A stretch of DNA of 61,540 nucleotides from a virus (lineage: Duplodnaviria; Caudoviricetes), in the IMG/VR virus record IMGVR_UViG_3300031379_000001, positions 1-61,540 of that record, one strand, 5' to 3'. This document shows positions 9,566 to 18,619 of this stretch, piece after piece; the stretch's first letter is position 1, and the number at the start of each line of letters is the position of its first letter. The notes beneath the pieces were generated by a model. That model worked only from the letters and a program-made list of their open reading frames with translations, had not been told where the DNA came from and did no database searches. The translations under genes were made by a program, and so were the position numbers.

Positions 9566-11215
9566 ATGCGTTCTACTATAAGAATTAAGAAAATGCATTT
9601 TTCAGGTGAACTTGATAAAAAAAGTATAGCAAAAAAAGCTACTACTATTTTTAGTCCTTTAAAAAGATTAACTAATAAATATAGAGGTAATCTTGTTAAA
9701 GTTTTAAGAAATAGTGATGATGCTCAAAAATGGTTTGGTTGTGATTTCAAAGGAAATATTAGATCAATTAAAATCCTTATTTGGTTAAATGGTAGTAATG
9801 GTTTAGTATCAGAGGTAACTAATCAAGCAAGACCAAATGATAATTTTAAACAAACAACTAAGGCAAATATGCCTTTAATTGTTAGTTCAAATACTTTTTT
9901 AAATTTTGGTTTATTATTTGATGGTACTAATGATGGATTTACATGTAATTCTGATGGACTAAATACTACTACTTTACAATTGTTTACAATATATGCTAAT
10001 GTGTTTCAGACTGCTATAGGTAACAAAAGAATAGTTACTAAAAATATAGCTGGAAATGATTATTCATATAGTTTAGGTTCACGTAATACAAATAATCATT
10101 ATTGGCATATAGTTAGGACTGAATTTGGATATAGTGGTTTAGCACCAAGCCCATTGATGCCAACAGTTATTAATTCACATGTTGAATTAATAATGATAAG
10201 AGATAGGGCAAATTCTGATACTAGAAGGATTAAGAATTTATTAGAATATGCTGCTAATTCAATTTCTGGTGCTGTTGATTATAGTACAAGTTATCCATTG
10301 TATATTTCTGGTGCTGCTCTTGGAGAATATTTTCAGGGGTATATGAAATATTTAGTTATACTTAAAAATTCATATCCTAAATTATCTTTAATTACAACTT
10401 CGAAATCATCATACATATTAGATGTAGATGATATGTACTATAATGTTATAACTGCTGTTAGTTTGAAACGTTTAACCAAATGGTATGATGGACCATGTAT
10501 TAAAATTAGAAGAAGTTCTGATGATGCAGAAACAGATATTTATTTTAATGGGTTAGATGTTGATACATCTGCTATAGAAACATTTTGTGGTGCTGGTGAT
10601 GGTTATGTAGTTAGATGGTATGATCAAGGAATTAATAGTAAATATTTAGAAGAAACAACTAAAGCTAATCAACCTAAAATATGTTCGTCAGGTAGTTATA
10701 TACAAAATGGTATTGAATTTACTGATAGTTCAGAAACAAGATTAAATAGACAAACTACTGGTAGGATTTGTAGAGGTATTTATATAAATTTCATAACTAA
10801 AACAGAAGTAACAACAAGTAGTTCATATAAAGTATCATGGAATATAGAAAATTTATATGGTGGTATAAAATTTGGAGATACGACAGGATATGCAACAAAT
10901 GAGATAATTAATATAGGTAATTATGGTCCAACACCAGAACGATCAAGTTGGTCGGATGCTTCTGCTGTTATTACAGCTAATACAACACATAAATTATTAT
11001 GTACATTTGATGCAGCTACACCTAAATGGAATATTAAATATGATGGTGATGATAAACCAATTACAACATATGGAACACCTGTAATATTGAATGCTGATGA
11101 TATCAGAATAGGTGGTCGTGGTGATGGTGCTAGTCAATGGTTTAATGGCTATTGTACTAGTTTCATAGTATTTGATACTGCAACATTGAATTATTCTGAG
11201 TTAGATAAAGTTTAG
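9566..11215 (+). CDS. Tandem two-domain lectin-like protein (arabinofuranosidase-B N-terminal / concanavalin A-like repeats)
   Basis: SLKRLTKWYDGPCIKIRRSSDDAETDI...VRWYDQ motif and a diverged N-terminal copy PLKRLTNKYRGNLVKVLRNSDDAQ. Confidence 0.55.
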   Translation: MRSTIRIKKMHFSGELDKKSIAKKATTIFSPLKRLTNKYRGNLVKVLRNSDDAQKWFGCDFKGNIRSIKILIWLNGSNGLVSEVTNQARPNDNFKQTTKANMPLIVSSNTFLNFGLLFDGTNDGFTCNSDGLNTTTLQLFTIYANVFQTAIGNKRIVTKNIAGNDYSYSLGSRNTNNHYWHIVRTEFGYSGLAPSPLMPTVINSHVELIMIRDRANSDTRRIKNLLEYAANSISGAVDYSTSYPLYISGAALGEYFQGYMKYLVILKNSYPKLSLITTSKSSYILDVDDMYYNVITAVSLKRLTKWYDGPCIKIRRSSDDAETDIYFNGLDVDTSAIETFCGAGDGYVVRWYDQGINSKYLEETTKANQPKICSSGSYIQNGIEFTDSSETRLNRQTTGRICRGIYINFITKTEVTTSSSYKVSWNIENLYGGIKFGDTTGYATNEIINIGNYGPTPERSSWSDASAVITANTTHKLLCTFDAATPKWNIKYDGDDKPITTYGTPVILNADDIRIGGRGDGASQWFNGYCTSFIVFDTATLNYSELDKV

Positions 11216-11226
11216 GAGGTGTAAAA

Positions 11227-12522
11227 TTGCCTTATACTAAAAAGAATATGCCTGAAAGAATAAAAAAATTACCAAGTAATGCTCAAGATATTTTTATTGC
11301 TGCTTTTAATAGTGCCTTTAAGCAATATGATGGTAATGAAGAAAAATCAAATGCGACAGCATGGGCAGCAGTTAAAAAGATGTTTAAAAAAGATAATATG
11401 GGTAACTGGATTAAAGCATGTGAAGGTTTTAATTATCTGGTATCTTTATCTGAAAATAGTAATCTAGTAGAAATTATGAGAACTGGTAACTGGAAACATC
11501 CTGAATATGGTGATTTAGTAATTACTGATAATACATTAGATAATATCATTATTAATTTTAATGATAGAGTTAGAGGTGTAGACATAGCCATAGATTTGGA
11601 ACATGGTGAATCTAGTTATAAGGGTGAAGCTGCTGGATGGATTAAGAGATTAGAAAAGAAAGATGGTCGATTATTGGCAGAGATCGATTGGACTAAATTA
11701 GGTAAAGAGAAATTAAAAGATAAGATATATCAATATTTTAGTCCTGAGTTTAAGTTTGTATATCAAGATGCTGAAACAGGTAAAATACATAATAATGTTT
11801 TATTTGGTGGTTCATTGACAAATAGACCGTTTATAAAGAAAATGAATCCTGTTATGTTATCAGAGGATATAAACACAAATCATTGTGAATATATAGAATT
11901 AACTAAAAAGGAGGATGAGAATAATATGAATCCAGAATTAATGAAAGTCTTAAAGCTAGATGAGAAAGCTACAGATAAACAAGTAATTGAAGCTATTAAT
12001 AAATTACAAGAATCTAGTGTTAAATTGGATGAATTGAATAAATCTGTAGAAACTTTGACTAATGATAATAATGAGTTGAAAAAAGAAAATGAAACTTTGA
12101 CTACTAAGTTATCAGAAGTTAATAAAACTAAATCTACAGTAGAAGAGGATAATATTAAATTATCTGAAAAGGTTAAAAATATTGAATCTCAATTATTAAA
12201 TGCAGAATGGGAAAAGGTATCTTCTATTGCTTTATCAGAAGGTAAACTTACTCAAAAAATGCTACCTGTTTATGAAAAAAGTTTCAAAGTTGATCCAGAA
12301 GCAACTAAAGAAATGATGAAAGTTTTAGAACCAGTCATAGACCTTAGTGAAAAAGGTTCATCTACTGGAAGTGAAGGAACAACTAATATTCAATTATTTG
12401 AACAAGAAGTTACAAAATATATGGGTGAGAACAAAGTAGATTATAATCAAGCAATTATAGCAGTTGAAAGAAATAATCCTCAATTGTTCAAATTATTTGA
12501 TGCAGAAAGGAGAGGTGTATAA
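11227..12522 (+). CDS. Prohead protease/scaffold (Mu gpI-like) with N-terminal ChaB-like domain
   Basis: IDLEH, AAGWI, IDWT, YFSPEF, LTNRPF protease motifs; MPY...AFNSA...AWAAVKK ChaB-like N-terminus; coiled-coil C-terminus. Confidence 0.85.
   Translation: MPYTKKNMPERIKKLPSNAQDIFIAAFNSAFKQYDGNEEKSNATAWAAVKKMFKKDNMGNWIKACEGFNYLVSLSENSNLVEIMRTGNWKHPEYGDLVITDNTLDNIIINFNDRVRGVDIAIDLEHGESSYKGEAAGWIKRLEKKDGRLLAEIDWTKLGKEKLKDKIYQYFSPEFKFVYQDAETGKIHNNVLFGGSLTNRPFIKKMNPVMLSEDINTNHCEYIELTKKEDENNMNPELMKVLKLDEKATDKQVIEAINKLQESSVKLDELNKSVETLTNDNNELKKENETLTTKLSEVNKTKSTVEEDNIKLSEKVKNIESQLLNAEWEKVSSIALSEGKLTQKMLPVYEKSFKVDPEATKEMMKVLEPVIDLSEKGSSTGSEGTTNIQLFEQEVTKYMGENKVDYNQAIIAVERNNPQLFKLFDAERRGV
11926..12522 (+). 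CDS. Nested in-frame scaffold protein
   Basis: Internal AAGGAGG then in-frame ATG (MNPELMK) at the start of the coiled coil. Confidence 0.7.
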   Translation: MNPELMKVLKLDEKATDKQVIEAINKLQESSVKLDELNKSVETLTNDNNELKKENETLTTKLSEVNKTKSTVEEDNIKLSEKVKNIESQLLNAEWEKVSSIALSEGKLTQKMLPVYEKSFKVDPEATKEMMKVLEPVIDLSEKGSSTGSEGTTNIQLFEQEVTKYMGENKVDYNQAIIAVERNNPQLFKLFDAERRGV

Positions 12523-12899
12523 TGGCTGGTGAAAATGCTATTCTTTGTAAAACTTATGAAGCAAATGGAGATTTGTCCGATTATCAATACAGATTTGTTA
12601 AATTAGAAGCTGCTGGAACGGTTGCTATTTGTGGTAATGGTGAAGTACCTCTAGGTATTCTTCAAAATGACCCAGAAGACGGAGAGCAAGCAAATGTTAT
12701 GTTAATGGGAATATCTAATTTAGTTGCTCATGCTGCTATATCTGCTAATGATAAATTAGGTTCTCAAGCATCAGGTAGAGCAGTAGCAGTTACAGCAGAT
12801 ACTAATACATATAATGCTATAGCTTTAGAAGCTGCTACAGCACAAGATGATGAAATTAAAGTTCTTCTAACTAGCGGAGTTCAATATATAGCTGGATAA
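12522..12899 (+). CDS. Capsid decoration/cement protein (DUF2190-like)
   Basis: Small Ala/Gly-rich protein between scaffold and capsid; ALEAATAQDDEIKVLL. Confidence 0.75.
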   Translation: MAGENAILCKTYEANGDLSDYQYRFVKLEAAGTVAICGNGEVPLGILQNDPEDGEQANVMLMGISNLVAHAAISANDKLGSQASGRAVAVTADTNTYNAIALEAATAQDDEIKVLLTSGVQYIAG

Positions 12900-12929
12900 T
12901 AATTAAAATTTAAAGAGAGGTGAATATAA

Positions 12930-13862
12930 ATGAGACCAACAACTAATAGTGTACATGTTGACCAAGTTTTATCAAAAATATCTATTAAATATAAAAATCA
13001 TATGTATATAGCGGATAACGTTGCCCCTTTAGTACCTGTTACTAATCAAAGTGATAAGTATTATATATTCAATAAGGCAGATGATTTCACAGATACAGCA
13101 GAATATAGAGCACCGGGTACAGCTTCAACTAGACATGGATTTAGAGTTTCAACTACTCCTTATATGTGTGAAGAAATAGCAGATGCTACAGTTCTTGAAG
13201 ATGAAACTAGAGATAATGCGGATTCAGTATTGAGAATTGAAACAGCTAAAACTAATTTTGTAACTAATAAGGTTCTTTTGAAACTTGAGAGACTAGTAGA
13301 ATCATTATGTATGACTACTGCTAACTGGGATAATTCTTCTACACCAAGTAATTTATGGGATGATTATGTAAATAGTGACCCTATTACTGATATTGAAACA
13401 GCTATTGATACAGTGGAAGACGGTACTGGTGCTAAAGTTAACAAGATGATAATTTCTAATGATGTATGGAAGAAATTAAAGCATCATCCACAAATTTTGG
13501 CAAGAAAACCAAATGATAGTTTTAGAGTTGCAAGACTTGAAGATTTAAAAGCAATCTTTGAAATAGATGATATTATGATCGGTAGAGCATCATATAATAC
13601 AGCTAATCAAGGTCAAACTGCTTCATTTTCAAGAATTTGGACAGGTGATGTATGGTTAGGTCATGTAACTAATTCACCAGCAATAGAAGAACCATCTGCA
13701 TTATATACTTTTGTATGGGGTAGAGATGGCGGTCAAATGCGTGGTGTAAGAAGATGGAGAGATGAAAATGTACATAGTGATATCATAGAAGCATTTATGA
13801 ACTTCGATTGTAAAGTTACTGCTTCTGATATGGGTTATGTATTAGAAGGTTGTATATCTTAA
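12930..13862 (+). CDS. Major capsid protein
   Basis: 310 aa, canonical position; VDQVLSKISI...VWKKLKHHP pattern; hairpin follows. Confidence 0.85.
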   Translation: MRPTTNSVHVDQVLSKISIKYKNHMYIADNVAPLVPVTNQSDKYYIFNKADDFTDTAEYRAPGTASTRHGFRVSTTPYMCEEIADATVLEDETRDNADSVLRIETAKTNFVTNKVLLKLERLVESLCMTTANWDNSSTPSNLWDDYVNSDPITDIETAIDTVEDGTGAKVNKMIISNDVWKKLKHHPQILARKPNDSFRVARLEDLKAIFEIDDIMIGRASYNTANQGQTASFSRIWTGDVWLGHVTNSPAIEEPSALYTFVWGRDGGQMRGVRRWRDENVHSDIIEAFMNFDCKVTASDMGYVLEGCIS

Positions 13863-13878
13863 TTAATAATATAAGTGT

Positions 13879-13901
13879 CCTACCACTAATATAGTGGTAG
13901 T
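13879..13901 (+). terminator. Hairpin/terminator after major capsid gene
   Basis: CTACCACTA-ATA-TAGTGGTAG. Confidence 0.55.
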
Positions 13902-13934
13902 GTTTCCCTTATCAAATATAAGGAGGTCTATATT

Positions 13935-15458
13935 ATGGGAATGAATGATTTTATTTATAACGGTAGAGTTGCAACATTTGATAAACTTAATGTAAAAGAA
14001 AGTTTATTAGTAGGAAACCAAGCAATTATAGCTAATCAAGGAACTACTTATTATGTTGATAGTGGTTCAGGTAGCTCAACTAATACTGGTAGATCGTGGG
14101 CAAAAGCTTTAGCAACATTAGATCAAGCAATTAATAAATGTACTGCTAATCAAGGTGATGTAATTATTGTTGCAGAAGGTCATAGTGAATCGTATACTAC
14201 TACAGGAGCAAAAGCGACATTTGATGTAGCTGGAATTACTGTAATTTGTCTTGGTCAAGGTTCAGACAGACCAACATTTTCATTTGGTCACACAGGTGCA
14301 ACATGGACTATTTCAGCAGCTAATATTAAAATTTATAATGCATTATTTGTTACAGCAGTAGACCAAGTTGTTACATATGGAACTATCTCAGGTGCGGATT
14401 GTGCTTTAATTAATTGTGAAACAAGGGATGTAACAGATAAAGAGGTAGTTAGTGATTTCACAATTACTGGTGATAGATTTGTAGCGATAAATCATTTTAA
14501 AAATGGTTATGTGGATGGTAATGCAAATGCTAGAGTATTTTCGTTGAATGGTGTAGATAATGCTTTAATCAAAAATTGTATTTTTATGACTAAAGTTACA
14601 ACTGCAATTGTAAACTTTGTTTCAAATGCTTGTACAAATATTTTAGTTAATGATTGTCAATTTTATGTTAAAGGTACAACTGATTTTACAAAAACTGTAG
14701 TAGATACTATTACAGGTTCTACATGGCAAGTTAATAGTGGTTTTGATTTAGGTGTTGGAAGTAAGTTTTCTGGTGGTTCTGGTGCTGCTTTAGCTGGTGA
14801 TGATGTTTCAGCAGTAAGTGCAGCAGTAGCAACATTGCAAGCTGAACTTTCAGGAGCAGCGGGTATAGCTAGTTTTCCAGCAGCAGCAGCACCAGCAAAC
14901 AATATTTCTATGGCAGAAGTACTAAGAGATATATGGGATGCCCTTAGAAATGGTACTGGTGGAAGTGAGCCAGCTACTAATTTATCAATAATTGATGAAA
15001 TTAGAAAAAATGCACTTACTTATAATAATGCTAATTATTTAACAGTAACAGCGGATTTAACTAGTGCTACATGGAATACTGCTGCCACACATGAATTATT
15101 CACAGTAACAGGTCTTGTGAGAATGAGAATAGTTGCAGAAGTTACAACAACTGGTGATGATACTAGTGGAAATACTGCAAATATTCAATTAGGTGTTGAA
15201 AATACTACAAATGCCTTTATTGCTGCTACTGAGGTTGATGATTTAGCTGCTGGTGAATTATGGTTTGATGCTACACCAACAGAAGTAACAAATGATACTT
15301 CTAGTGTTGTAATTGATAAGGTTGTAAATAGTGAAGATGTAGGATATGAAATTACTGGTGAAGCTGCAACAGATGGTGTTATTGTATTCCATTGTTGGTG
15401 GGAAGCATTAAATGCTACTGGTAATGTTGCTGCTGGTGACGGTTCTGCAATGGTATAA
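13935..15458 (+). CDS. Putative head fibre/spike with pectin-lyase-like beta-helix
   Basis: YYVDSGSGS...SWAKALATLDQAI...GDVIIVAEGH beta-helix N-cap; Gly/Ala/Thr-rich. Confidence 0.6.
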   Translation: MGMNDFIYNGRVATFDKLNVKESLLVGNQAIIANQGTTYYVDSGSGSSTNTGRSWAKALATLDQAINKCTANQGDVIIVAEGHSESYTTTGAKATFDVAGITVICLGQGSDRPTFSFGHTGATWTISAANIKIYNALFVTAVDQVVTYGTISGADCALINCETRDVTDKEVVSDFTITGDRFVAINHFKNGYVDGNANARVFSLNGVDNALIKNCIFMTKVTTAIVNFVSNACTNILVNDCQFYVKGTTDFTKTVVDTITGSTWQVNSGFDLGVGSKFSGGSGAALAGDDVSAVSAAVATLQAELSGAAGIASFPAAAAPANNISMAEVLRDIWDALRNGTGGSEPATNLSIIDEIRKNALTYNNANYLTVTADLTSATWNTAATHELFTVTGLVRMRIVAEVTTTGDDTSGNTANIQLGVENTTNAFIAATEVDDLAAGELWFDATPTEVTNDTSSVVIDKVVNSEDVGYEITGEAATDGVIVFHCWWEALNATGNVAAGDGSAMV

Positions 15459-15503
15459 GTTGATTAAATATTAATATTAAAAAAATGGAGGTGAAAGAAT
15501 AAT

Positions 15504-15947
15504 ATGGCATATACGACATATCAAGAAGTAGATAGATTGTTGAAATGGTTTAGTTTTTCAGCTAGTTCTAAGGTAACTATAACAGATGTAAATACTTATT
15601 TTATACCAGAGGTAGACGCAATTATTGACGGTTATATTGGTAGAGTATACGAATTACCTATAACTGATTCAGATGATTTATTAATACTTAAGTATATTGC
15701 AACAAGAATGGTTGCGTGTGAGATAGCACATGTATTAGTTTTACAGGCTAGTGGTGAAATTAGTCCTATTGTTCAAAGATGGTGTGATACTGCAAAACAG
15801 AAGTTAAAAGATATTTTAACTAGAGATTTACCATTAGAGAATTCAACATTGAAATCTACTGATAGACTATATTCTTTCACATCACATGGTAATAGTGAAT
15901 ATGAAGCACCAGACCCAAAATGGTACTTAAATGTAGAACAGTGGTGA
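15504..15947 (+). CDS. Head-tail adaptor (Mu gp36-like)
   Basis: MAYTT...IDGYIGRVYELP pattern and position. Confidence 0.7.
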   Translation: MAYTTYQEVDRLLKWFSFSASSKVTITDVNTYFIPEVDAIIDGYIGRVYELPITDSDDLLILKYIATRMVACEIAHVLVLQASGEISPIVQRWCDTAKQKLKDILTRDLPLENSTLKSTDRLYSFTSHGNSEYEAPDPKWYLNVEQW

Positions 15948-15951
15948 TAAT

Positions 15952-16422
15952 ATGTTACAAATAACAGTAAGTGGAATGAGTCAGGTTACACGTAATTTGG
16001 GAAGTATAGCTAAAGGATTTAAAAACTTTAGACCTGTTTTTGAAAAGATAAGTGATGATTTTAGGAAAACTCAATCTGCTGTTTTTAGATCGGAAGGTTC
16101 ATTTGAAGGTCGTAGTGGATGGGTTGCGTTAAGTCCTCAATATAGACTTCAAAAAGCTAAAAAATATGGTGGTAAACCTATATTACAGGCTACTGGTGCT
16201 TTAAGAAATTCATTTACTAGAAAAGGTGGGAATCATATTTGCCAGATATCAAATGATAGAATTATATTAGGTTCTCGTGACCCTAAAGGTGGTTATCATC
16301 AAAATGGTACATCTAAAATGCCAGCAAGACCACCTTTAACAGCTAGTAATACAACTAATAGAAGATGGGTAAGGATAGCACACAAGGAAATTATGAGTAA
16401 TATAAGAAAGGGGTTGATTTAG
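15952..16422 (+). CDS. Virion morphogenesis/tail completion protein (Mu gpG-like)
   Basis: WVALSP...ILQATGALRNS...YHQNGTSKMPARP motifs. Confidence 0.8.
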   Translation: MLQITVSGMSQVTRNLGSIAKGFKNFRPVFEKISDDFRKTQSAVFRSEGSFEGRSGWVALSPQYRLQKAKKYGGKPILQATGALRNSFTRKGGNHICQISNDRIILGSRDPKGGYHQNGTSKMPARPPLTASNTTNRRWVRIAHKEIMSNIRKGLI

Positions 16423-16423
16423 T

Positions 16424-16888
16424 TTGAATAGTGAATATGCATTAGACAATATAAAAAGTATGATGGAAACTTATTTAACTGCAATGCTTAGAACTATTGA
16501 AACTGAAGCATCTGCAACTACTCAAACTACTGACCCTCAAGAGTATGTTATAGGTGAACGTGATTTAGATATATTAACAATGTTTCCTTGTATACTAGTT
16601 TATGCTAAAAATTCGGCAGATAATGATGATGAATTTGGATATCAAGAGCGAATATTAACATATGAAATTGTCTCTTGGGTTGTTGAAAATGACCAAGAGA
16701 ATTTACATAGATTTGTAGTTAGATATGGTGATGCAATTGTAAGAATATTAAGAAAAGAAAATTATTGGGCAACAAACTTACATACACCTATTGTCAAGAT
16801 TTGTACCTTTACTGATTTATTTAAATCAAATATAGGTTATGCACAAGGTGTAATGGTTAGTGGAGAAATTAGATATATAATATCATAA
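16424..16888 (+). CDS. Putative tail terminator
   Basis: Position before tail tube; FPCILVY; acidic. Confidence 0.55.
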   Translation: MNSEYALDNIKSMMETYLTAMLRTIETEASATTQTTDPQEYVIGERDLDILTMFPCILVYAKNSADNDDEFGYQERILTYEIVSWVVENDQENLHRFVVRYGDAIVRILRKENYWATNLHTPIVKICTFTDLFKSNIGYAQGVMVSGEIRYIIS

Positions 16889-16903
16889 GGAAGGGGTGTA
16901 TAT

Positions 16904-17770
16904 ATGGGAACTCCAAGTAAAATACATGTAGGTGCTGGTAATATTAATTTAAATCCTGACTCTTCACCAATTGATTTAGGTTACACTAGTGAAGGTGGTA
17001 CACTTACATATAATGCAGAAATAGAACCAATTTCAGTTGACCAAGTTTTAGCACCAGTAGGATATTTTATTCCAGCAGAGGAATGTATGTTTGAATCAAT
17101 ATTAGATGAATCTGGTGTTGATACAATGCAATATACAGTTGTTGGAGGTACTAAAACAACTCAGGCAGCTGGAGCGGGAGATAAAGGATATGATAAATTA
17201 GAATTTGGTGGTCAATATATATTAACTGATTATGTTTTTGAATATTTTGCACCAAAAAGAAACGCATCTAATTTATATGTAAGAGTTAGATTATATAAAG
17301 TTAATATTAGTCCTAATTTAGAAACTGTATTTAAAAAGGATGGTAAAACAGGTTGGAAATTTACTTGTAAAGCTGCTGCCGATACAACTAAGGACGCTGG
17401 TAAACAATTAGGTTATTACTTAGAAGAAACAGCAGATTTAACAGGTACTACACCAACATTAGCAGTAAGTTCAACAGTACCAGCAGATGCAGCAGCAGCC
17501 GTCGCAGTTGATGCCACAATTGTTGTAACATTTAATAGAAATGTTCATCCAGAATCAGTAATACAAGGTAATTTCTTAATGGCAGAAGCGGACGGAACTC
17601 CTGTTAGTGGTACAGTTAGTCAAACTGATTCAGACGAAGTAACATTTACACCAGATGCTAATATGGATGGTTCAACAGTTCATATTTTTGCTATTAGTGA
17701 AAATGTAAGAGCTTTAGATGATTATTCACCTATGGCTGACAATGAGATCATTAATTTTACTACTGCATAA
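16904..17770 (+). CDS. Major tail tube protein with C-terminal Ig-like (Big_5-like) domain
   Basis: DLGYTSEGGTLTY tube motif; SSTVPADAA...IVVTFN...VTFTP Ig-like C-terminus. Confidence 0.8.
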   Translation: MGTPSKIHVGAGNINLNPDSSPIDLGYTSEGGTLTYNAEIEPISVDQVLAPVGYFIPAEECMFESILDESGVDTMQYTVVGGTKTTQAAGAGDKGYDKLEFGGQYILTDYVFEYFAPKRNASNLYVRVRLYKVNISPNLETVFKKDGKTGWKFTCKAAADTTKDAGKQLGYYLEETADLTGTTPTLAVSSTVPADAAAAVAVDATIVVTFNRNVHPESVIQGNFLMAEADGTPVSGTVSQTDSDEVTFTPDANMDGSTVHIFAISENVRALDDYSPMADNEIINFTTA

Positions 17771-17830
17771 TTTTGATATATAATATGATTATGGTAAAAT
17801 GATAATAATATTAATAACAGAGGTGAAATA

Positions 17831-18274
17831 ATGAATAAAAAGAATACTCTTAATAATGAACAAAAAAAGCAAGTTTTTGAGGTAGCTAAAAAAAGAAGTG
17901 AAAGAGATAAAATAGTAAACAAAGGAATAGAAGTACCATTCGGTAATGTTACAGTAACATTGACTGCATTAGACTGGGATGCATCAAATGAATTTGAAGA
18001 TACAATAGTAGAACTATCAAAACGGTTTAGTTTTTTAACTGGTAGCGATATTATGAAAACTGGAATTGATGCGTTAATTGAAGTAGTGGTATCAATATTG
18101 AGAGATGATTTAGTGAAATTATGTACTATAGCAACTAATGGTAAAATAACTATAGAATATATTAGGGAAGTAAAAGCTGTTAAAAATGATGTTATAACAG
18201 TCGTAATAAAAGCATTTGAAGCAAATTATAGTTATCTAAAAAACTTGATGACCCTAGCTCAAGGATTGAAATAA
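17831..18274 (+). CDS. Tail assembly chaperone (gpG-like)
   Basis: Between tube and tape measure; slippery A AAA AAC at 18238-18244. Confidence 0.75.
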   Translation: MNKKNTLNNEQKKQVFEVAKKRSERDKIVNKGIEVPFGNVTVTLTALDWDASNEFEDTIVELSKRFSFLTGSDIMKTGIDALIEVVVSILRDDLVKLCTIATNGKITIEYIREVKAVKNDVITVVIKAFEANYSYLKNLMTLAQGLK

Positions 18275-18540
18275 ATCAAAGAAATGTAGGCTGGGGTAAT
18301 ATTTTTGATGAAATAATGAGTGAATATAATATGTCAATCACAGATGTACGGAAATTGACAAGGGAACAAATGTTTTTGTTTATTGAAAAGATAAGAGATC
18401 GAAAAGAAGATGAATTAAAAAATGAAGTTCGTTTACATGGTGGAAAGTGGAAGACTAACGGATTAGATACAGATGGAGCAGTACCAATTGAGGATATAAT
18501 AGATTCTCAAAAGAAACTAGGTAAACAAACAACTATGTGA
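18238..18540 (+). CDS. Tail assembly chaperone extension (gpGT-like) via -1 frameshift
   Basis: -1 frame is open from the heptamer (KLDDPSSRIEINQRNVGWGNIFDEI-MSEYN...) into ORF 18316-18540. Confidence 0.75.
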   Translation, partial: KKLDDPSSRIEINQRNVGWGNIFDEIMSEYNMSITDVRKLTREQMFLFIEKIRDRKEDELKNEVRLHGGKWKTNGLDTDGAVPIEDIIDSQKKLGKQTTM

Positions 18541-18619
18541 TTTAACTTTTGTAACAAGTAGTAAGCCGATTTATAATTTTTTATAAATCGGCTTTATTAA
18601 TAGAAAGTGAGGTGATCTA

